Shown: in pieces, positions 58,879 to 64,000 of the stretch
How positions within the stretch are numbered: the stretch's first letter is position 1
Layout of the letters: each line of letters begins with the position of its first letter
DNA from: Desulfomicrobium sp.
Lineage (GTDB): Bacteria > Desulfobacterota > Desulfovibrionia > Desulfovibrionales > Desulfomicrobiaceae
Direction of reading: 5' to 3'
NCBI GenBank assembly: GCA_040768745.1
Contig: JAXGMI010000002.1
Location: forward strand, 608,001-672,000
DNA: 64,000 bases
Translations under genes and position numbers: made by a program
The notes under the pieces: model-generated
Seen by the model: only the letters and a program-made list of their open reading frames with translations
Told to the model about the DNA's origin: nothing
Databases searched by the model: none

Positions 58879-59996
58879 CACCGGACAGAAGGCGTTTCGG
58901 GGCCGCCATCCTGGCGGCCGGCTTTTCCTCGCGCATGGGCGCGTTCAAGCCCCTTATGGACTTGGGCGGCAAGTCCGTGCTGGAGCGCTGCGTCGGCGCC
59001 TTCCAGCAGGCCGGCATCGAGAGGCCGCTGGTGGTGGCGGGCCACTGCGCCGCACAGGTGCAATCCGAAGCAAAGCGCCTGGGCGTGCCCACGGTCCATA
59101 ACCCGGGATACGGGGACGGGATGTTCTCCTCGGTGCGAGCGGCCGCGTCCGCCTGCGCAGGCCTGCCCGACCTGGACGCCTTCTTTCTCCTGCCTGTGGA
59201 CATCCCGCTGGTCCGACCGGTCACAATCACCCTGCTCCTCCATGCCTACGACGGTCGCGTGGCCTACCCGGTCTTCGCTGGCGAGCGGGGCCACCCGCCC
59301 CTGATCCCCGCAGGCCTGATCCCGCGCATTCTGGGGCATGACGGCCAAGGCGGGCTGCAAGGGCTGCTGGAAGGCCAGCCCGGCCTGGACGTGCCGGTCT
59401 GGGACCGGGGCATCCTGCTGGACGCGGACACGCCCGACGATTTCGCAGTCCTGCTGTGGCGCGCCGCCCGTCTGCATGTCGGGGAGCGTGACGAGGCCCT
59501 GGCCCTGGCCGGGCAGTCCATGCCCGGCCGCGGCCTGGCCCACGGCCAGGCCGTGGCCGCCGTGGCCGTGGGCCTGGGGGAGGAACTGAACCGCAACGGC
59601 GCACGCCTTGACCTGGACCTGATCCACAACGCCGCCCTGCTGCACGACGTGGCCAAGGACCGCCCCGGGCACGAGGCCGCCGGCGGGGCTCTTCTGGAGC
59701 GTCTGGGCCTGGGTGGCCTGTCTCCGATCGTGGGGGCCCACCGCGACGTGCCGCCGCCGGCCTCAGGCGTGCTCACGGAAAAAGAAGTCGTCTGCCTGGC
59801 CGACAAGCTGGTGCGCTGCGACAGACGCATCCGCGTGGAAGAACGTTTCGGCGAAAAGCTGGCCCTGTATGCCGACAACCCCGAGGCCTGCGCGGCCATC
59901 CGCGGTCGCATGCAGCATGCCCTGGCCCTGCGGGGCATGGTGGAAAAGGCCTGCGGCCGGGGCCTGGAGGACATCCTGGCCGGGGTGTTGCCGTGA
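58875..59996 (+). CDS. MocA-like nucleotidyltransferase fused to an HD domain (DVU_1551-like)
   Basis: ILAAGFSSRMG..KPL, GMFSS, GHPPL and DADTPDD; then H...LLHDVAK...LADK. Confidence 0.88.
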   Translation: MTPDRRRFGAAILAAGFSSRMGAFKPLMDLGGKSVLERCVGAFQQAGIERPLVVAGHCAAQVQSEAKRLGVPTVHNPGYGDGMFSSVRAAASACAGLPDLDAFFLLPVDIPLVRPVTITLLLHAYDGRVAYPVFAGERGHPPLIPAGLIPRILGHDGQGGLQGLLEGQPGLDVPVWDRGILLDADTPDDFAVLLWRAARLHVGERDEALALAGQSMPGRGLAHGQAVAAVAVGLGEELNRNGARLDLDLIHNAALLHDVAKDRPGHEAAGGALLERLGLGGLSPIVGAHRDVPPPASGVLTEKEVVCLADKLVRCDRRIRVEERFGEKLALYADNPEACAAIRGRMQHALALRGMVEKACGRGLEDILAGVLP

Positions 59997-60589
59997 ACGT
60001 GGTCTATCTCCTCCGCCACGGGGAAATCACGCAGTCCTGGCCGCGCCGATTCGTGGGCCAGACGGATCTGCCCCTGACGGACAGGGGACGCGGGCAGATG
60101 GCGGAGTCGGGGGAATTTCTGGCAGGCCGGGGTGTGGGAAGGCTGTTGTGCAGCCCCTTGTCCCGTTGCGTGGAGAGCGCCGGGATCGTCGGCGCGGCCC
60201 TGGGTCTCCTGCCGGAAACGGTCTGGGATCTGCGCGAAATCAGTCTGGGCTCCTGGGAGCGGTTGAGCGTGGACGAGGTTTGCGAGCGTTTTCCCGGCGG
60301 CTACGAGGCCCGGGGTCGAGACCTGGCCGGATTCCGCCCGCCGGGCGGCGAGAGCTTCGGTGACCTGCTGAGCCGGACCTGGCCCGTCTTCGAGCTGGCC
60401 GCCACAAAAGGGGATGCCCCAGTGGCCATGGTGGCCCATGCCGGCGTGAACCGCGTCATCCTGTGCCGCATTCTGGGCATGCCCCTGGAGAACCTGTTCC
60501 GCCTGGAGCAGGACTACGCCTGCATCAACATCCTGCACGCCGGAGAAAACGCATACCGTGTCGTGGCCATGAATCTGAGGGCGGGCTGA
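59993..60589 (+). CDS. Histidine phosphatase family protein
   Basis: LRHGE, SPLSRC, LREISLGSWE and VAHAGV. Confidence 0.9.
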   Translation: MNVVYLLRHGEITQSWPRRFVGQTDLPLTDRGRGQMAESGEFLAGRGVGRLLCSPLSRCVESAGIVGAALGLLPETVWDLREISLGSWERLSVDEVCERFPGGYEARGRDLAGFRPPGGESFGDLLSRTWPVFELAATKGDAPVAMVAHAGVNRVILCRILGMPLENLFRLEQDYACINILHAGENAYRVVAMNLRAG

Positions 60590-61067
60590 ATCACGCCGCT
60601 CGATGGCGCACTTTGCCAACACGCGCCCGCTCTGCCAGGGCTGCCAAGAGCCCGCAGGCTGGCACAGCAGACAATGAAATTGGCGAGCCCCGTTTTTTTC
60701 ACTCCTTCGCCACCACTGTATCATAAAGCCCATAGTGCCGAAGTCCCGCATGGCTTTCGATTCCCGTGTAGCGAAGCGACGCGTCTTCATAGCGGCGAAA
60801 TGCAAAGACCGCCTGGTTCATCTGCTCGGTATTGAGTAAACGCTCACCATCTCCAAAATTTCAAGCAGTCCTTGGTCAGGTCAGTCATCACTCCCTACCA
60901 AATTTCAAAAAATTTCTTGATCCCAAAACGATGAACCAACAGCACAAAACAACCCCTTGAAAATCTTCAAGCGGTTCTGTTCTTTTTTGCTTCTTCAGGG
61001 GGAAGGGATAGCTCGCAGGCTGGCCCCATCTGGGGGTGCCAACTATTTTGTTTGGCTCAGGAAAACG

Positions 61068-61093
61068 AAAAAGCCGCCCTTTTGGACGGCTTT
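61068..61093 (-). terminator. Terminator after tRNA-Ala
   Basis: AAAGCCGCCC-TTTT-GGACGGCTTT with a T-tract on the minus strand. Confidence 0.65.
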
Positions 61094-61130
61094 CAAGCGG
61101 CATTCAAGAATCATTTGAAGCGTTTATAAG

Positions 61131-61206
<76 letters not shown>

Positions 61207-61239
61207 ACAACGCGAAGCAGTTTCCTGCCCAAGGCCCGC

Positions 61240-62457
61240 TCAAAAGGCAAGCACTTTTTCCTGCAATCCACCCTCTTCAAGGATCTTCAGAGCATGCGCG
61301 ACAGAGGCATGACTTGTCAGCGGGATGGAAACCCACGATGCCGGAGAAATGGGGCCCTGCCCCGAACGCTGCAGTCGCACCACGCCCACGCCCGCCCCCT
61401 TGGGCACGGTCGGCAGGTACCAGCCCCGGCCGTCCACTGTCTCCTTCCCGTCTCCCAGAACCACATCCACCCCATCCTGCCCGGCCAGGGCTGCGGCCAC
61501 CTCCGCCCGGCCAAGCTGGGTCAGCAGCACCACGCAATCCGACACGGCCCTTGCCTCCGGCAGGACCCGGGCCAGGGCCTCGCGGGCCTGGAGAATGCGC
61601 ACCCCAGGCGCCACAGCCTGCCCGGCCCCGTCGGCCAGGCCCAGCACGGCCACGCTCACTCCCCCGCGCTGGAGCAGGACGTAGGGTCTGAGCCATGGCC
61701 AGGCCTGGCCGGACTGCTCCAGGTTGGAACACACCAGGGGAAACGTGGCCAGACCAGCCAGTTCCCTCAGCTGCCCTTCCCCCACGCGCAGGTCATGGAG
61801 GCCCAGCCCCATGGCGTGGTAGCCCATGGCATTCATGGACATGATCAAGGCCCGGTTGTTATTCTCCGCGCCTGGGCTCCCGGAGGACAGCGCGTCCCCT
61901 GCGTCCAGGGCGAGGAGGTCGGGGTAGCCGCCCCGGATGGCGTTGACCAGGGACGTGCGCCTGGGAATGCCTCCCACGTCGCCCTTCTTGACCTTCTGCG
62001 GGGCCAGGGCCCCTTGGGTGTCCCCGGTGAAGGCGATGCCGACAACGCCCTTCCCGCCCAGTTGGCTGGTGGGGTTCCCATCCATGGCCAGATCCTCTGT
62101 CTCCCCTTTCAGCCCGGCCTCCAAACGGATTCCCAGCTGGGACGTGACCTGGCTGTCCGCCCCTTCCCTCAGCCAGGCCACGGCCCATACGGCCAGCAAC
62201 CGGGCCCGTTTGGCCAGTTCCGGTTTTTTCTCCAGCAGGGAAACCCGCTGCAGCCAGTCCGCATAGGCGGAACCGGCGGTGAATCCCTGGCGCAGGAAGT
62301 CCTCCCCGGTTCGAAAGCGCTGAAACTCCTCGAACAGGACGAAGACGTCCTCGTACTGGGGCAAACACCGCGGTTCGACATATTCCGGAGAGGGTTCGGG
62401 GGGCCTGGCGCAGGCGCACAAGGCCAGCAGACAGACGAGGCAAAGCACGGACTTCAT
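61240..62457 (-). CDS. Lipoprotein with a C-terminal 5'-nucleotidase-like metallophosphoesterase domain (degenerate)
   Basis: Signal peptide with LCAC; FTGDTQG, LDAGD, GLHD and FPLVCSN. Confidence 0.7.
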   Translation of the reverse strand: MKSVLCLVCLLALCACARPPEPSPEYVEPRCLPQYEDVFVLFEEFQRFRTGEDFLRQGFTAGSAYADWLQRVSLLEKKPELAKRARLLAVWAVAWLREGADSQVTSQLGIRLEAGLKGETEDLAMDGNPTSQLGGKGVVGIAFTGDTQGALAPQKVKKGDVGGIPRRTSLVNAIRGGYPDLLALDAGDALSSGSPGAENNNRALIMSMNAMGYHAMGLGLHDLRVGEGQLRELAGLATFPLVCSNLEQSGQAWPWLRPYVLLQRGGVSVAVLGLADGAGQAVAPGVRILQAREALARVLPEARAVSDCVVLLTQLGRAEVAAALAGQDGVDVVLGDGKETVDGRGWYLPTVPKGAGVGVVRLQRSGQGPISPASWVSIPLTSHASVAHALKILEEGGLQEKVLAF

Positions 62458-62511
62458 GGTGATCTCGACAATGCGGTTACTCGGAAACGGCCCCCCGTAT
62501 ACGGCCCCGGT

Positions 62512-63021
62512 TCACGTCCCGCAAGTGGAATGCGGGGCCATGGTCTTGGTGAAATAGAGAATGTCCTCCCCCGGGGCGTAATACTCCCGGATCCGGGCTT
62601 CCTCCTGGAAACCGCACGCCAGGTAGAATGCGCGGGTCGGTTCGTATTGGGGGCGGGACGATGTTTCGGCTATGAGCTTGCGTCCTCCCCTGGAGCTGAC
62701 CCGGGCCTCCACCTGGGCCAGAAGGGCGCGGCCCAACCCCGTCTTCCGGGCCTCCTGGCGCACGGCGATCCAGTACAGATCAAACGTGCCTGTTGTGCAG
62801 GGGACCGGTCCATAGCAGGCATACCCGAGGGTCTGTCCGCAACGGTCGTCGGCCAGGACAAAAAAATATCCGCTGGCCAGGCCCCTGGTCAGGTTTTCCC
62901 TGACCAGTTCCTCGGCCACGTCGATTTCTTCGGCAGAAAAAAAACCGCTGGACCCGACAATGCCCCGCACGGCCGCCATGTCCGCCCCGGTGACCTCATC
63001 CCGGAAACGCACTTCATCCAT
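62512..63021 (-). CDS. GNAT family N-acetyltransferase
   Basis: FDLYWIAVRQEARKTGLGRALL and AETSS...TRAFYLACGF. Confidence 0.88.
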   Translation of the reverse strand: MDEVRFRDEVTGADMAAVRGIVGSSGFFSAEEIDVAEELVRENLTRGLASGYFFVLADDRCGQTLGYACYGPVPCTTGTFDLYWIAVRQEARKTGLGRALLAQVEARVSSRGGRKLIAETSSRPQYEPTRAFYLACGFQEEARIREYYAPGEDILYFTKTMAPHSTCGT

Positions 63022-64000
63022 GACGGCCTTCCCAGGGCTGCCCCGCCTGTTCCAACGCGGCCATGGCAATCCTGTACACCACGTCCCGGTGGGTCAGTCC
63101 GGCATGCCCTGCGGCAGCAACGAACCCGGAATCCAGGGCGATGCACGGATTGGGATTGACGTCGATGACAAAGACCTGACCCGCGGACGAGACGCGGAAA
63201 TCGACCCGCGCATATCCGGCCAGGCCGAAAATTTCCCAGCAGCGCAGGCCGATCCTGGCCATCTCCCCGCACATGGGCTGACCTTGATCGAGCGCAAATC
63301 TGCGCCAGGATGCGGCATAGGCGGGACTGCCCTCCTCCCATTTGGCGGCATAGTGCAGAATGGCCGGACCAGGCGTGCCCGGGTCGAAGACCATCTCGGC
63401 CAGGGGCAGGGCCTGCACCGATCCATGCGGCGCGGCCAGCAGGGCCAGATTGAATTCCCGCCCGTGCACGTACCTCTCGGCCACGCAGGCACCGCCCATG
63501 GCCGGGGCGCGCAGATCCATGGCCTGCACCAGATCCCCCGCACACCTCGCGTCGATGACCGCGTCGGCATCCAGGCCCAGGGAGGCGTCCTCGAAGCGGG
63601 ATTTGACGATATACGGCCCAGGCCCGGGAAAAACGCCGCGCAGCAATGCGACCCGGTCGACCCCGGCCGGAACAGGAATGTCCGTTGCGGCCATGATCCG
63701 CCGCGCAGCGGACTTGTCCCCGGCCAGGATCATGGCGCACTCGTCCGCGCCGGTGAACGGGAGTCCGGCTTGGCGGCACAGGGCCGGGACAACCGCCCCC
63801 AGGGTCGAGGTCCCCTGGAATGATTCCAGTAGATTGAAGACGAGATGGGGCCCGAAGCGGCGCAGGGTGTCCTGGAACGCGTCCAGGTCCTGGCCCACGG
63901 GGATCTGCGCGCAGGTCCAGTCGAGCTGACCCATGCTGCGGAGCACGGCCTCGGCCTGACGCACGGTGTCCAGGATGTCCGGGGGCGCTGCGTGGCCTGT
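63014..64000 (-). CDS. D-Ala-D-Ala ligase-like ATP-grasp protein; 5' end beyond the window
   Basis: VFNLLE, PFTGA, IVKSRFEDASLG, ERYVHGREF, YARVDFR and IDVNPNP; frame stays open to 64000. Confidence 0.85.
   Translation of the reverse strand, partial: TGHAAPPDILDTVRQAEAVLRSMGQLDWTCAQIPVGQDLDAFQDTLRRFGPHLVFNLLESFQGTSTLGAVVPALCRQAGLPFTGADECAMILAGDKSAARRIMAATDIPVPAGVDRVALLRGVFPGPGPYIVKSRFEDASLGLDADAVIDARCAGDLVQAMDLRAPAMGGACVAERYVHGREFNLALLAAPHGSVQALPLAEMVFDPGTPGPAILHYAAKWEEGSPAYAASWRRFALDQGQPMCGEMARIGLRCWEIFGLAGYARVDFRVSSAGQVFVIDVNPNPCIALDSGFVAAAGHAGLTHRDVVYRIAMAALEQAGQPWEGRHG

Noticed and set aside
60886..60901. CTCCCTACCA as a tRNA-Met 3'-end duplication (attR)
   Set aside because: Only a short imperfect match to CCCTCGCTACCA; compatible with chance.

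Overview
High-GC bacterial chromosome segment. The gene set (Mop-type aldehyde oxidoreductase cluster, mqnC, FadR-regulated lactate oxidase, HDOD protein) points to a sulfate-reducing Desulfobacterota member of the Desulfomicrobium/Desulfovibrio type; this is an inference. Bases 1-31,400 are mostly housekeeping: murA (partial), two tRNA-His, htpG, ABC transporters, ettA, glgP, msrB, mqnC, gpmI, rsfS, paaK, lactate locus. An accessory region lies between two convergent tRNA genes, tRNA-Met(CAT) at 31397-31473 (+) and tRNA-Ala(GGC) at 61131-61206 (-). It contains: (1) an AAA/DUF4143-type ATPase; (2) a HUH Y1 (RAYT-like) nuclease gene tightly boxed by 27-bp inverted repeats with an iterated 9-bp terminal unit, abutting a truncated symporter gene; (3) a decaying IclR-TRAP-unknown 420-aa protein-RidA-D-cysteine desulfhydrase-like-racemase catabolic locus whose dctP is split by an IS3 element; (4) a stack of mobile-element ends plus the 5' part of a group IIC intron behind a terminator; (5) a complete IS66 and a second partial copy flanking a NifX-like gene; (6) the complete molybdenum aldehyde oxidoreductase / DVU_1551-1557-type accessory cluster. 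The window ends with a degenerate metallophosphoesterase lipoprotein, a GNAT and a partial Ddl-like ATP-grasp gene. All assignments are by eye from motifs; no database searches were run.
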